Below, in pieces: positions 1-8,860 of a DNA stretch of 64,000 bases; position 1 is the stretch's first letter, and each line of letters begins with the position of its first letter. The notes below the pieces were generated by a model. The model ran no database searches and was not told the DNA's origin. It saw only the letters and a list, made by a program, of their open reading frames with translations. Source of the DNA: Acidimicrobiia bacterium. GTDB lineage: Bacteria > Actinomycetota > Acidimicrobiia > Spongiisociales > Spongiisociaceae. The stretch covers positions 2,563,286 through 2,627,285 of the forward strand of contig OZ241390.1 of the NCBI GenBank assembly GCA_965200835.1. The letters run 5' to 3'. Both the position numbers and the translations under genes were made by a program.

Positions 1-187
1 CGATGATGTCGGTTGCTACGGCCGACCAGGTGGAAGGTACCTCGGCGCCGTCCATCTCGAACACCACCGACCCGTCCGGGTTGGTGATCCGGGACTTTCG
101 GTGAGCCCAGTCCAGACTTTCGTACGGATCCTGGTCTTCGGTGGTGAACTTGCGCTCGATCCGAAGTCCTCGATCCGTTTGTGGCAT
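1..187 (-). CDS. nrdJ: Class II (B12-dependent) ribonucleotide reductase, N-terminal fragment running off the window
   Basis: Not in the ORF track because it is truncated. Reverse-strand ATG at 187-185 is preceded by GGAGGG. My translation MPQTDRGLRIERKFTTEDQDPYESLDWAHRKSRITNPDGSVVFEMDGAEVPSTWSAVATDII fits the conserved NrdJ N-terminus. Confidence 0.6.
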   Translation of the reverse strand, partial: MPQTDRGLRIERKFTTEDQDPYESLDWAHRKSRITNPDGSVVFEMDGAEVPSTWSAVATDII

Positions 188-240
188 GCCACCCTCCCCG
201 CGTGTCCACCCTACTGGACGACTGCCGCGCCATAGCTCCT

Positions 241-268
241 GATCCCATTCCCGTACGGGAATGGGATC
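241..268. promoter_or_regulatory. Perfect 28-bp palindrome in the divergent nrdJ / hisA-like intergenic region (operator or hairpin candidate)
   Basis: GATCCCATTCCCGT/ACGGGAATGGGATC reads identically on both strands. It lies 54 nt upstream of the nrdJ ATG. Confidence 0.5.
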
Positions 269-430
269 CGTGAGTGTAGTTACATCCTTGTAGTTTCTGC
301 GGCTTTCTATCTACCGCTGTCCAGGGGAAGAGGGTCGGACCGACCCGAGGAAGTGGGGCAGAGGATAGCCATCCCGCGCCGTCCGCGTCACTCCCGCCCG
401 CCCGCCTCCCGCCTCGTGTAGACTGAATAT

Positions 431-1585
431 GTGGATCTTTACGCCCGGGTGAACATTCTCGAAGGGCGCGCCGTCCGCCTCGGGCGGGGGAGCCTCGAAG
501 ATGTTACGTCCCTCGACGCCGATCCACTCGACCGGGCCCGAGGCTGGGTCGACAAGGGCGTAGACCACCTGCTGGTAGTCGACCTCGACGCCGCCGCCTA
601 CGGCTCGTATCGCAACCGTCCCCTCATAGACCGGATGCTCGAAGCGCTGGAGTTGCCGGTGGTGGTGGCAGGCGGGATCCGCTCCGAGCGGGAAGCAGCC
701 CGGTTGATCGGGCGAGGCGCCTGTAAGATAGTGATGGGCACCGCCGCTATCGAGAGCCCCACCATGGTGTGGGACCTGTGCCGTGACTACCCGGACCGGA
801 TGATGGTTTCCATCGACGTGCTGGAGAACGAGGAGCTGGTCACCCGCGGCTGGACCTCCGACTCAGGCCGCTTTCTGGAAGAGGTCATGCTCGAGATGGC
901 TTCGTGCGGGGTGAGCGGGTTCTTCGTAGCCGATGCCCGGCGAGACGTGCTCACCGAGGCACCCGACTTGGAGATCCTCCGCACCGCCCTCGAGTACGTG
1001 GACGAGCCGGTCATCGCCTCAGGGGGAGTCCGGCACCTGGACGATCTGCGCATGCTCACCTCGATCGAGGTGGATGGACGCTCCCTCGCCGGTCTGGTGG
1101 TCGGGCGGGAGGTGACCGAGGGCCGGTTCACGGTCGGCGAGGCGAAGGCCGTGCTCAGCGGGCCTGCCCGGCCCAAGTCGACGGTGCAGCAGCTGAGGGT
1201 GGTTCTGCCCTGCCGGGACATAGAGCGGAGCATCTACTTCTATAACCAGGTTGTTGGACTTCCCCGCATCGACCTGTTCGAGCAGGAGGCCATGGGCGAG
1301 GCTCCGGCCGATCGGGGTGTGTTGCTGGACATGGGGGACGGGCGGATGCTGGAGTTGACCTCATCGAGCGAGGTCGACGGTGCGGCGGATGGGTATAGAT
1401 GCGAACTGGTCCTAGTGGTCGACGAGGTCGAGATGTGGCGTGACCGCATCCGGCGGTTGAGTGACTATCCCGTTCCGCCGTTCGAACAGTCGCCTGCCGG
1501 TTTCTCGGTAGATGCTCCCGACGGTGTTACCGTAACGATCGCAGGTCCGCTCGGTCTGCTGTCCTCGGCGACCGGGGAAAGATAA
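431..1585 (+). CDS. HisA/PriA-like (beta/alpha)8 isomerase-fold protein fused to a C-terminal VOC/glyoxalase-like domain
   Basis: GTG start. The first ~245 aa are colinear with HisA/PriA (ILEGRAVRL, LLVVDLDAA, VVAGGIRS, VIASGGV, LVVGREV). The last ~135 aa (LRVVLPCRDIERSIYFYNQVVGL...) resemble a glyoxalase/VOC fold. Confidence 0.7.
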   Translation: MDLYARVNILEGRAVRLGRGSLEDVTSLDADPLDRARGWVDKGVDHLLVVDLDAAAYGSYRNRPLIDRMLEALELPVVVAGGIRSEREAARLIGRGACKIVMGTAAIESPTMVWDLCRDYPDRMMVSIDVLENEELVTRGWTSDSGRFLEEVMLEMASCGVSGFFVADARRDVLTEAPDLEILRTALEYVDEPVIASGGVRHLDDLRMLTSIEVDGRSLAGLVVGREVTEGRFTVGEAKAVLSGPARPKSTVQQLRVVLPCRDIERSIYFYNQVVGLPRIDLFEQEAMGEAPADRGVLLDMGDGRMLELTSSSEVDGAADGYRCELVLVVDEVEMWRDRIRRLSDYPVPPFEQSPAGFSVDAPDGVTVTIAGPLGLLSSATGER

Positions 1586-1622
1586 GTCGGCAGTCGACGA
1601 CGAGCAAAGGTAGGGGTAACAC

Positions 1623-2420
1623 ATGAAGGTCCGACGGCTCAGCAACTGGTTGATCATCGGCGTAGCCGTTCTCGTGCTGGCTGCTTGCGAGCTGCGGGTC
1701 CACACCGACCTGATGATCGAGGAGGACGGGAGCGGAAGGCTATCGATCGAGCTTTCGGTGGACGAGGAGCTGGCCATGCTGGCCGGTGGAGCTTTGGGTG
1801 GTGAGCAGGCGATCGATGACGAGATGACTCCCGCCGGATGGCAGGCGGAGGTGGTTACGGGTGGCGGTTACGAAGGGGTGCGCGCATGGAAGGACTTCGA
1901 GACACTCGAAGATCTCCACCAGATAGTCGCCCTGCCGGCCCTGGTCGGTGACTTCCCGGGCGCTGACCTGTTCTCTTTCCTCACCGATATCGCACCCGAC
2001 CGGGAAGACGACACCTTCACCTTCCAACTCGTGATCCCCGACGACCTGGCCGGCCTGGTCCAGGAGGAGATGCAAGCCAGCCCGATGCCCCTGGATCTGG
2101 CGATGCTGGACGAGATCTTCGACATTCGCCTCACTGTGGTGCTACCCGGTGATCTGGTGATCAGCAACGCCAATACCGAAGTCGGCAACACCCTGGTGTG
2201 GAACATCTCGCTGGGCGATGGTGGCCGGGAGTTGCACGCCGTGTCGGAACTTCCGGGTCCGGATCGCAGCAGGTTCTTCGTGTGGGGAGCGATCGTCCTG
2301 GCAGTTCTGGTGGCGGCCTACATGATCTTCGTCCTACTCAGGCGGCGCAGGCAGAAGGCCGAGGAGCCGGACCCGGCCGGCCCGACCGAGTCCACCGTAG
2401 ACCACCCACCGGATACGTAA
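1623..2420 (+). CDS. Putative lipoprotein with C-terminal transmembrane anchor (LppM/DUF3153-like)
   Basis: Signal peptide with lipobox (VLVLAAC). C-terminal hydrophobic helix FFVWGAIVLAVLVAAYMIFVLL followed by RRRRQ. The family assignment is tentative. Confidence 0.5.
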   Translation: MKVRRLSNWLIIGVAVLVLAACELRVHTDLMIEEDGSGRLSIELSVDEELAMLAGGALGGEQAIDDEMTPAGWQAEVVTGGGYEGVRAWKDFETLEDLHQIVALPALVGDFPGADLFSFLTDIAPDREDDTFTFQLVIPDDLAGLVQEEMQASPMPLDLAMLDEIFDIRLTVVLPGDLVISNANTEVGNTLVWNISLGDGGRELHAVSELPGPDRSRFFVWGAIVLAVLVAAYMIFVLLRRRRQKAEEPDPAGPTESTVDHPPDT

Positions 2421-2482
2421 GTCACCGACCGGGGCTTACGCTTGTGACATACTGAGACTGGACGCGCGCCGCGGGAGGCTAC

Positions 2483-3922
2483 TTGCGGTTCATCAACGAT
2501 CCGTTACCCGGACACGACCTCACCTACGCCGATGTCTTCCTAGCGCCCTCCTATTCCGAGGTGGGATCCCGCCTCGACGTGGATCTCAGCCCGCCCGACG
2601 GCGTGGGTACCAGCACTCCGGTGGTGGTGGCCAACATGACCGCCGTAGCAGGCCGGCGCATGGCGGAGACCGTCGCCCGCCGGGGTGGGGTGGCGGTACT
2701 GCCTCAGGACGTGGAGATAGAGGCTATCGCCGATATGGTGGCGACCGTGAAGCAGGCTCATCGAGTGGTCGACACCGCCCTGACGCTCAGCCCGCACGAC
2801 AACATCCACACGGCTCGAGCCTTTATCAACAAGCGTTCCCACGGGGCAGTGATCGTGGTGGACGCGCTGGACCGTCCGGTCGGGATCGTCACCAAGATCG
2901 ACCTGGAGGGGGCTGATCCCTTCACGCCACTGAGCGAGGTGATGTCCGAGGACCCCATCGTTCTCTCGACGCAGCTGGATCCGGAGGCGATGTACAACGC
3001 GCTGGCCGAGCGCCGGGTTCACCTCGCCCCGGTGGTCGATGCCCAAGGTGGGCTGGTCGGGGTGATCACCGAGCAGGGCGCCATCCGGTCCACCCTCTAC
3101 GATCCGGCCACCGATAGTCACGGCCGGTTGCTGGTGGCAGCCGCGGTCGAGATAAGTGGCGATGCCGGTGCCAAGGCGGCCAAGCTGGCCGCGGTCGGGG
3201 TGGACATCCTGGTGGTCGATACCGCTCACGGGCACCAGGGTCGGATGATGGAGGCCCTCGGCGAGGTCCGGGCTGCGGTCGACGATCTCCCGCTGGTGGC
3301 GGGCAACGTGGTGACCGCCTGGGGGGTCAACGACCTGCTGGACGCCGGGGCCGACATAGTGAAGGTGGGGGTCGGTCCGGGAGCGATGTGTACGACCCGC
3401 ATGATGACCGGGGTCGGGCGTCCGCAGTTCTCCGCGGTGGTGGAGTGTGCCGCGGCAGCCCGAGCGCGGGGTGCCCACATCTGGGCCGACGGCGGGCTGC
3501 GACATCCCCGTGACGTGGCACTGGCCCTGGCGGGAGGCGCGGCCAGCGCGATGATCGGAACCTGGTTTGCCGGCACCTACGAATCGGCGGCCGAGGCGAT
3601 GCGCGACTCGCAGGGGCGGGTCTACAAGGAGAACTACGGGATGGCTTCCAGACGGGCCGTCCGGCGGCGCACCCGGAACGACACGCCCTACCAGCGAGCA
3701 CTCAAGACCATGTTCGAGGAGGGGATTTCCGGTTCGCGGATGTATCTCGACCGGGAGGTACCGGGCGTGGAGGATCTGATCGACCGGGTGGTGGCTGGGG
3801 TCCGTTCGGCCTGCACCTATATGGGGGCGCGCAACATCGACGAGTTCCATGAGCGGGCTCTGGTGGGGGTGCAATCGGCAGCCGGATACTCCGAGGGCAA
3901 ACCGGCTCCGCAAGGTTGGTAG
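2483..3922 (+). CDS. IMP dehydrogenase / GMP reductase family protein with CBS pair (GuaB1-like)
   Basis: TTG start. N-terminus LTYADVFLAP. CBS region, active-site loop GVGPGAMCTTRMMTGVGRPQ, and ADGGLRHPRD. Confidence 0.85.
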   Translation: MRFINDPLPGHDLTYADVFLAPSYSEVGSRLDVDLSPPDGVGTSTPVVVANMTAVAGRRMAETVARRGGVAVLPQDVEIEAIADMVATVKQAHRVVDTALTLSPHDNIHTARAFINKRSHGAVIVVDALDRPVGIVTKIDLEGADPFTPLSEVMSEDPIVLSTQLDPEAMYNALAERRVHLAPVVDAQGGLVGVITEQGAIRSTLYDPATDSHGRLLVAAAVEISGDAGAKAAKLAAVGVDILVVDTAHGHQGRMMEALGEVRAAVDDLPLVAGNVVTAWGVNDLLDAGADIVKVGVGPGAMCTTRMMTGVGRPQFSAVVECAAAARARGAHIWADGGLRHPRDVALALAGGAASAMIGTWFAGTYESAAEAMRDSQGRVYKENYGMASRRAVRRRTRNDTPYQRALKTMFEEGISGSRMYLDREVPGVEDLIDRVVAGVRSACTYMGARNIDEFHERALVGVQSAAGYSEGKPAPQGW

Positions 3923-4014
3923 TACGGACTGCTCCGTAACCGCCGGGCCGGTGCTTCATCTACGGTGGACGGTGCGCATGGGTGGGTACCCAAGAGATGG
4001 AGGAGAATGAGTAT

Positions 4015-4365
4015 ATGAAACCGGTAGAGATCACGGTCACCTGCGGCACTCGGGCGGAGGCTAGGCAGATAATGGAGGCGCTGGTGGAGGATCGTCTGGC
4101 GGCCTGCGCGCAGACCTGGCCCATCTTGAGCTGCTTTCGATGGGGTGGTGAGGTGGAGACCGACTTTGAGCATGCGGTACTCGTGAAGTCGGTGGACACC
4201 AACTTCGAAGCGATCTGCGAAGTTATCCGGCGGCTGCACAGTTATGAACTGCCATCCATCGTGATGATCCCTCTGGAGGGAACTGGTCCTGGCTACCTGG
4301 AGTGGTTGCTCGATGCCACTGGCGGGCCGGACCGTGCCGGGCGGGATGGAGCAGCGCAACCGTGA
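4015..4365 (+). CDS. cutA: Divalent-cation tolerance protein CutA
   Basis: MKPVEITVTCG...LAACAQ...RWGGEVE...HSYELPSIV is the typical CutA1 pattern. GGAGGAG lies 9 nt upstream of the ATG at 4015. The track ORF starts earlier, at 3982. Confidence 0.8.
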   Translation: MKPVEITVTCGTRAEARQIMEALVEDRLAACAQTWPILSCFRWGGEVETDFEHAVLVKSVDTNFEAICEVIRRLHSYELPSIVMIPLEGTGPGYLEWLLDATGGPDRAGRDGAAQP

Positions 4366-4427
4366 CCGTCCGGCGCGGCGGGCATGAATGGCGCGCGCCT
4401 GCCAAGAATGCGAGTAGCCTTTAGCCG

Positions 4428-5423
4428 ATGGCGAGAGTAAGACTTTTCGCGAACCTCCGCGAGGTTGCGGGGACCACACAGGTAGACATCGACGGAGGCA
4501 CGGTCGGAGAGGTCGTGGATGGCTTGGTGGCGCGTTACGGCGCGGACTTCCAGCAGCACCTGGGGACCGCTCGGATCTGGAAGAACGGACTCGAGGGGGT
4601 GGCGGGCGACCCGGTCACGGACGATGACGAGTTGGCGGTGATACCCCCGGTGTCGGGAGGCCAGACGATGTCGGCGATGGAAGGGGGAGGGGGGCTGGAG
4701 ACCCTGAAACTGGCCGGTGTGACCCTGCTGCTCCTGGGGGCGAACGTTCTGGGGCCCGGCTATCTCGTGGCGCTGTGGGTCGGGGTGGCGGCCATGTGGA
4801 TCATGGATCTGGCGATGTCCTCCTCCGACGGAGACTTCCGCATCGATTACCCGCCGCTGCTGGCTGCGGTGCTGGTGTCGATGGCGGCCAGTAGCACCTT
4901 CGGACTGGCTGGACTGGGCATTGGTGCCGCCCTCTCGGTGGCGATGGTCATGGGCTGCGCAATTGCGCGGCCCTCAGCCCGGGATCTGACCATGCTGGCT
5001 GCTTCGTCGGTGGCCGCGCTGATCGCCTCGCTGTCGGTGTCCTCCATCCTGCTGGCCCGGGTGGTTGCCAGCAACGGGGAGCGCACCATAGCCGGCTTGC
5101 TGATCATCACCATCCTGGGTGCCGTCATCGGGCAAGTCACCGACCGCAGCCGGTCCCGTTTGATCAGCCCTTATACGATGGCGTCGATAGTGATGGTGCT
5201 GGCAGCCCTGGCAGTGGCCAACCTCTCGGACCTTCCGAGCTTCGGTTACCTACGATGGTTCTTCATCGGGTTGGTCATGGCCTTCTCGGTCATCGCCGGC
5301 CGGGGAATCGGCTCTGCCTTCCGAACCGGGCAGATACAGATGGCTGCCCGGCCCGGTGGCGCACTGGCTTCCTTCGACGGTCCGATGTTGGCGGTAGCTG
5401 CTTTCTTCCCACTGGTGGGTTGA
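4428..5423 (+). CDS. MoaD/ThiS-like ubiquitin-fold domain fused to a polytopic membrane domain
   Basis: Residues 1-78 look like MoaD and end in the hallmark VIPPVSGG. The frame then continues with no stop into ~250 aa of hydrophobic helices. Confidence 0.6.
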   Translation: MARVRLFANLREVAGTTQVDIDGGTVGEVVDGLVARYGADFQQHLGTARIWKNGLEGVAGDPVTDDDELAVIPPVSGGQTMSAMEGGGGLETLKLAGVTLLLLGANVLGPGYLVALWVGVAAMWIMDLAMSSSDGDFRIDYPPLLAAVLVSMAASSTFGLAGLGIGAALSVAMVMGCAIARPSARDLTMLAASSVAALIASLSVSSILLARVVASNGERTIAGLLIITILGAVIGQVTDRSRSRLISPYTMASIVMVLAALAVANLSDLPSFGYLRWFFIGLVMAFSVIAGRGIGSAFRTGQIQMAARPGGALASFDGPMLAVAAFFPLVG

Positions 5424-5522
5424 GCCGGGGTCCGACCGCTCGACTCGCCTCGACGGCCGACTCGTAGCTCCCGGTCGGTCTCGGATTGAGTTTGAGTCCA
5501 TAGAACGCCTAGCCTCGGTGCG

Positions 5523-6629
5523 ATGCCTAAGAGCTTCCCCCGGATCCTGTTGATAGTGCTGCTGGTTACCGCCACCGTCCTTCCGCCTTCTCCTTCTGTT
5601 GCGGTCGCCGAGGCGGAGGTCGACGCGGCGTGTGCTGACTATCGGGAGTCGAAAGAGAGGCTCGACGCAGCGATCGAGGAGCGAGACGCCGCCCAGGCAC
5701 AGTATGCGATGCTCTACTCGGACCGGGAGGTCATGTCGGACCGGGCCGGCCGCTTGTTCGATCAGATAGCGGAACGCAACGAGGAGATCGAAGCCCTGCA
5801 TGATCAGGTGGTGGCATGGGCGGTGGAAGCGTACATGGCGGCCGACACGGAGATGAGCGGCATCGCCCTGCTCACCCGATCCGTCGATCAGTTGCTAACC
5901 GGCCAGGAGTTCCTGAACTCGATCACCAACGAGCGGGCGGCGGCGGTCGACCGGCTGGTGATCGTCGTGGCCGAGACCGAGGCGATGCAGGAGGAGTTGG
6001 ATGATCAGACCACCCAACTGTTGCTGCTGGAGGCAGAGGCGCACCAGGTGGCGCAGGTTCTGGCCGGGGCCACCGATGAAGCTCTGGATGCCGCCCGCCA
6101 GCTGAAGGGCGAGTGCCAGCGGCTCTACCAGCAGCGCCAGGCCGAGCAAGCCCGGATCCTCGCTCTGGAAGCTGCCCGCCGCTCGGGCGGGGCCGGTGGG
6201 GTTGCATTCTCGGTCACGCCCGGGTTCGTCTGCCCCATGGACCCGGCGGCCACCTCCTTCATCAACGACTGGGGCTTCCCGAGGTCCGGTGGCCGCAGAC
6301 ACAAGGGCACCGATCTGTTCGCTCCCAGGGGCCAGCCGGTGCTGGCGGTGAGCAACGGTTCGATCCTGCTCAGGAACGGGGGATTGGGTGGCATCGCCCT
6401 GTGGCTATCGGCCAACAACGGGGTGGACTACTACTACGCACACCTCGACGGCTATGCGCCGGGAATCGCCACCGGGTCGCGAGTCACCCGCGGCCAGGTC
6501 ATCGCCTACAACGGCGACACTGGAAATGCCCGCGGGACCCCTCCGCACGTGCACTTCCAGCTTCACCCGAACGGCCGGACTAGTGCGGCGGTCAACCCTT
6601 ATCCCACCATCAGCCGGGTCTGCCGGTAG
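5523..6629 (+). CDS. Secreted M23 family metallopeptidase with coiled-coil N-terminal region
   Basis: Signal peptide, long heptad-like region, and M23 motifs HKGTDLFAP and PHVHFQLHP. Confidence 0.85.
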   Translation: MPKSFPRILLIVLLVTATVLPPSPSVAVAEAEVDAACADYRESKERLDAAIEERDAAQAQYAMLYSDREVMSDRAGRLFDQIAERNEEIEALHDQVVAWAVEAYMAADTEMSGIALLTRSVDQLLTGQEFLNSITNERAAAVDRLVIVVAETEAMQEELDDQTTQLLLLEAEAHQVAQVLAGATDEALDAARQLKGECQRLYQQRQAEQARILALEAARRSGGAGGVAFSVTPGFVCPMDPAATSFINDWGFPRSGGRRHKGTDLFAPRGQPVLAVSNGSILLRNGGLGGIALWLSANNGVDYYYAHLDGYAPGIATGSRVTRGQVIAYNGDTGNARGTPPHVHFQLHPNGRTSAAVNPYPTISRVCR

Positions 6630-6698
6630 GAGGAGGCGGCTCGTGACAGGTCGGTGTCGGATCCGACCCACCTGGCAGCCGGATCATGACGGAGCGGG

Positions 6699-7628
6699 AT
6701 GGTAAGCCCGACCTCTCCGGCCCGTGAGCCGCTGGCGTTCACGACGGCCGATGACCACCAACCGGCTGCACCGAGGATCGGGCCGTTCGCCGACCGGCAC
6801 TTCCTGAGCACCATCTGGCGGCACACGGCCGCTCCCGGCCACAGGCCCGAAGTGCTGGCCGATGGGCGCGGGGAAGTGGTGCTGGTGGAAGGCCCCGACG
6901 GCCTCGGGTTACTCGGTCACGAGAACCTGGTCGACTACCGGTCTCCAAAGGGGGACAGCCTGGACTTGCTGGCCGATCGGTTCGGGAGGTTGGCCCCCGG
7001 GGCGAGGTTCCGGTTCGACTCCCTACCTGCGACGGCGGCCGAGGTCGTTGGCAGGGCACTGGCACGGGCGGGGGTGGCTTACCGGCGAGACCTGCACACC
7101 ACCACCATGGTGCTCCACCTGCCGGACTCTTTCGACGCCTACCTATCGATGCTCGGCAAGAAGCAGAGGCACGAGACCCGCCGCAAGGGCAGGCGGTTCG
7201 AGGCATCCCTGGGCGTGCCCCGCCTAGTCAGCTTCGACCGGCCCGGACCGGCCCTGGAGGACTTCTTCCGGCTGCATAGGCTTGCCAAGGGCCGCAAGGG
7301 TAGGTTCATGACCGATCGGATGGCCGCCCTCTTCGCGGATCTGCTTGCGGGAGACGGCTGGCGACTAGATGCGCTCTACGGTGACGACTCTGCCCTGGCC
7401 GCAGCAGCAGTCAGCTACGCGGATGACACCGGCTACTACCTGTACAACTCGGCCTACGATCCGGGCCTGAGCCACGCCTCGCCCGGTGTCGTGATGCTCA
7501 GCGAAATGGTCCGGATGGCCATCGACCAGGGTCTGGCGGTTTTCGACTTCCTGAAGGGTGACGAGATCTACAAGTACCGGATGGGCGCCCGTCCCCGGTC
7601 CGTCTATCTGGTCGAGGGTGCCGGATGA
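6699..7628 (+). CDS. GNAT-fold acetyltransferase, FemAB/CelD-like (Acetyltransf_6 type)
   Basis: C-terminal FDFLKGDEIYKYRMGA motif typical of this family. Its stop overlaps the mshA start (ATGA). Confidence 0.6.
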   Translation: MVSPTSPAREPLAFTTADDHQPAAPRIGPFADRHFLSTIWRHTAAPGHRPEVLADGRGEVVLVEGPDGLGLLGHENLVDYRSPKGDSLDLLADRFGRLAPGARFRFDSLPATAAEVVGRALARAGVAYRRDLHTTTMVLHLPDSFDAYLSMLGKKQRHETRRKGRRFEASLGVPRLVSFDRPGPALEDFFRLHRLAKGRKGRFMTDRMAALFADLLAGDGWRLDALYGDDSALAAAAVSYADDTGYYLYNSAYDPGLSHASPGVVMLSEMVRMAIDQGLAVFDFLKGDEIYKYRMGARPRSVYLVEGAG

Positions 7629-8860
7629 TCGGCCGGGTGGCCTTCCTGTCCATGCACACCTCACCGCTCGACCGTCCAGGAGCAGGCGATGCCGGTGGGA
7701 TGAACGTCTACATCGACGGTCTGGCGACCAGCCTGGTTCGCCGGGGGGTGGACGTCACGGTGTTCACCAGGCGCGCCGACCAGTCGTCACCTGAGGTGGT
7801 CGACGCGCCCACCGGGTATCGGGTGGTACACACCACCGCCGGTCCGCCCCGACCGATGCCCCTCAGCAGGCTGGACAACTTCGTGGAGGACTTCGCCGCC
7901 CAGGTCACCATCGCCATGGATGATTCCCGGCCCGGCCACGATCGGTTCGACCTGGTCCATAGCCACTATTGGCTGTCCGGCTGGGCCGGGCTGATCGTCA
8001 AGCAGTTGACCGGGTTACCGCTGGCCAACTCCTTCCACACCCTCGGCCGGGTCAAGGACGCCACCCGCCGCCCCGGGCAACCGCCCGAACCGCTGCTGCG
8101 GATCGCGGCCGAGGAGGAGGTGATCGACCTCTCGGACTGCGTGATCGCCTCTACCGACAACGAGGCGGTCGAGCTGATCGACCATTACGGAGCCCATCCG
8201 GGTCGGGTGTGCGTCAACCCGCCCGGGGTCGACCTCGAGCTGTTCGCACCGGGAGACCGGCGAGAGGCCCGCCGCGCCCTGGGAATGGACGATGCTCCGA
8301 CGGTGCTGTTCGTGGGACGCATCCAAGCGCTCAAAGGCCTGGACGTGGCCGTGGAAGCGCTGGCGATGGTCCGAGACCGGATTCCGGCTGTTCGCCTGCA
8401 CGTGGTGGGCGGGCCGAGCGGTCCTTCGGGCGAGGCCGAATATCGGCTGGTACGCAAGGCGGTGGAGGGTCTGGGGTTGTCTGAGGCGGTGACCTGGTGG
8501 AATGTCCAACCTCATGGCCGCCTTCCGGTCTTCTACCAGGCGGCGGACGTCCTGATCGTACCCTCCCGTAGCGAGTCGTTCGGACTGGTAGCGGCCGAAG
8601 CCCAATCCACCGGCCTCCCGGTAGTAGCCGCCAACGTGGGAGGTCTCCGACATGTGGTGCGCGACTCCACCTCAGGCCTGCTAGTGGATGGCTGGGAACC
8701 GGTCGACTACGGCAAGGCCCTGCTGAGGATTCTCGAATCCCCGACGGAACGTGCCCGGCTGGCGGAGGGTGCCCGGGCGGCAGGCCGGCGCTTCGGCTGG
8801 GACATGGCCACCGATCGTCTCCTGGAGCTCTATCAGGGTGTTACGCATGCTACGGACTGA
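7625..8860 (+). CDS. mshA: D-inositol-3-phosphate glycosyltransferase (mycothiol biosynthesis, GT4)
   Basis: VAFLSMHTSPLDRPGAGDAGGMNVY N-terminus, HSHYWLSG motif, and C-terminal GT4 core (PSRSESFGLVAAEAQSTGLPVVA). Confidence 0.85.
   Translation: MIGRVAFLSMHTSPLDRPGAGDAGGMNVYIDGLATSLVRRGVDVTVFTRRADQSSPEVVDAPTGYRVVHTTAGPPRPMPLSRLDNFVEDFAAQVTIAMDDSRPGHDRFDLVHSHYWLSGWAGLIVKQLTGLPLANSFHTLGRVKDATRRPGQPPEPLLRIAAEEEVIDLSDCVIASTDNEAVELIDHYGAHPGRVCVNPPGVDLELFAPGDRREARRALGMDDAPTVLFVGRIQALKGLDVAVEALAMVRDRIPAVRLHVVGGPSGPSGEAEYRLVRKAVEGLGLSEAVTWWNVQPHGRLPVFYQAADVLIVPSRSESFGLVAAEAQSTGLPVVAANVGGLRHVVRDSTSGLLVDGWEPVDYGKALLRILESPTERARLAEGARAAGRRFGWDMATDRLLELYQGVTHATD

Noticed and set aside
275-295. NrdR boxes upstream of nrdJ
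   Set aside because: The TGTAGTT repeats do not fit the 16-bp palindromic NrdR consensus as I recall it, and their spacing (14 nt) is wrong.
2540-3913. 457-aa ORF antisense to the IMPDH-family gene. Similar long antisense or alternative-frame ORFs include 22960..23877, 24395..25144, 26447..27211, 33821..34888, 36625..37671, 41997..43292, 43452..44456, 44526..45992, 49226..50173, 50327..51196 and 59906..60922.
   Set aside because: They are Arg/Gly/Pro-rich with no motifs, and they fully overlap genes with clear family signatures. These are typical shadow ORFs of high-G+C DNA.
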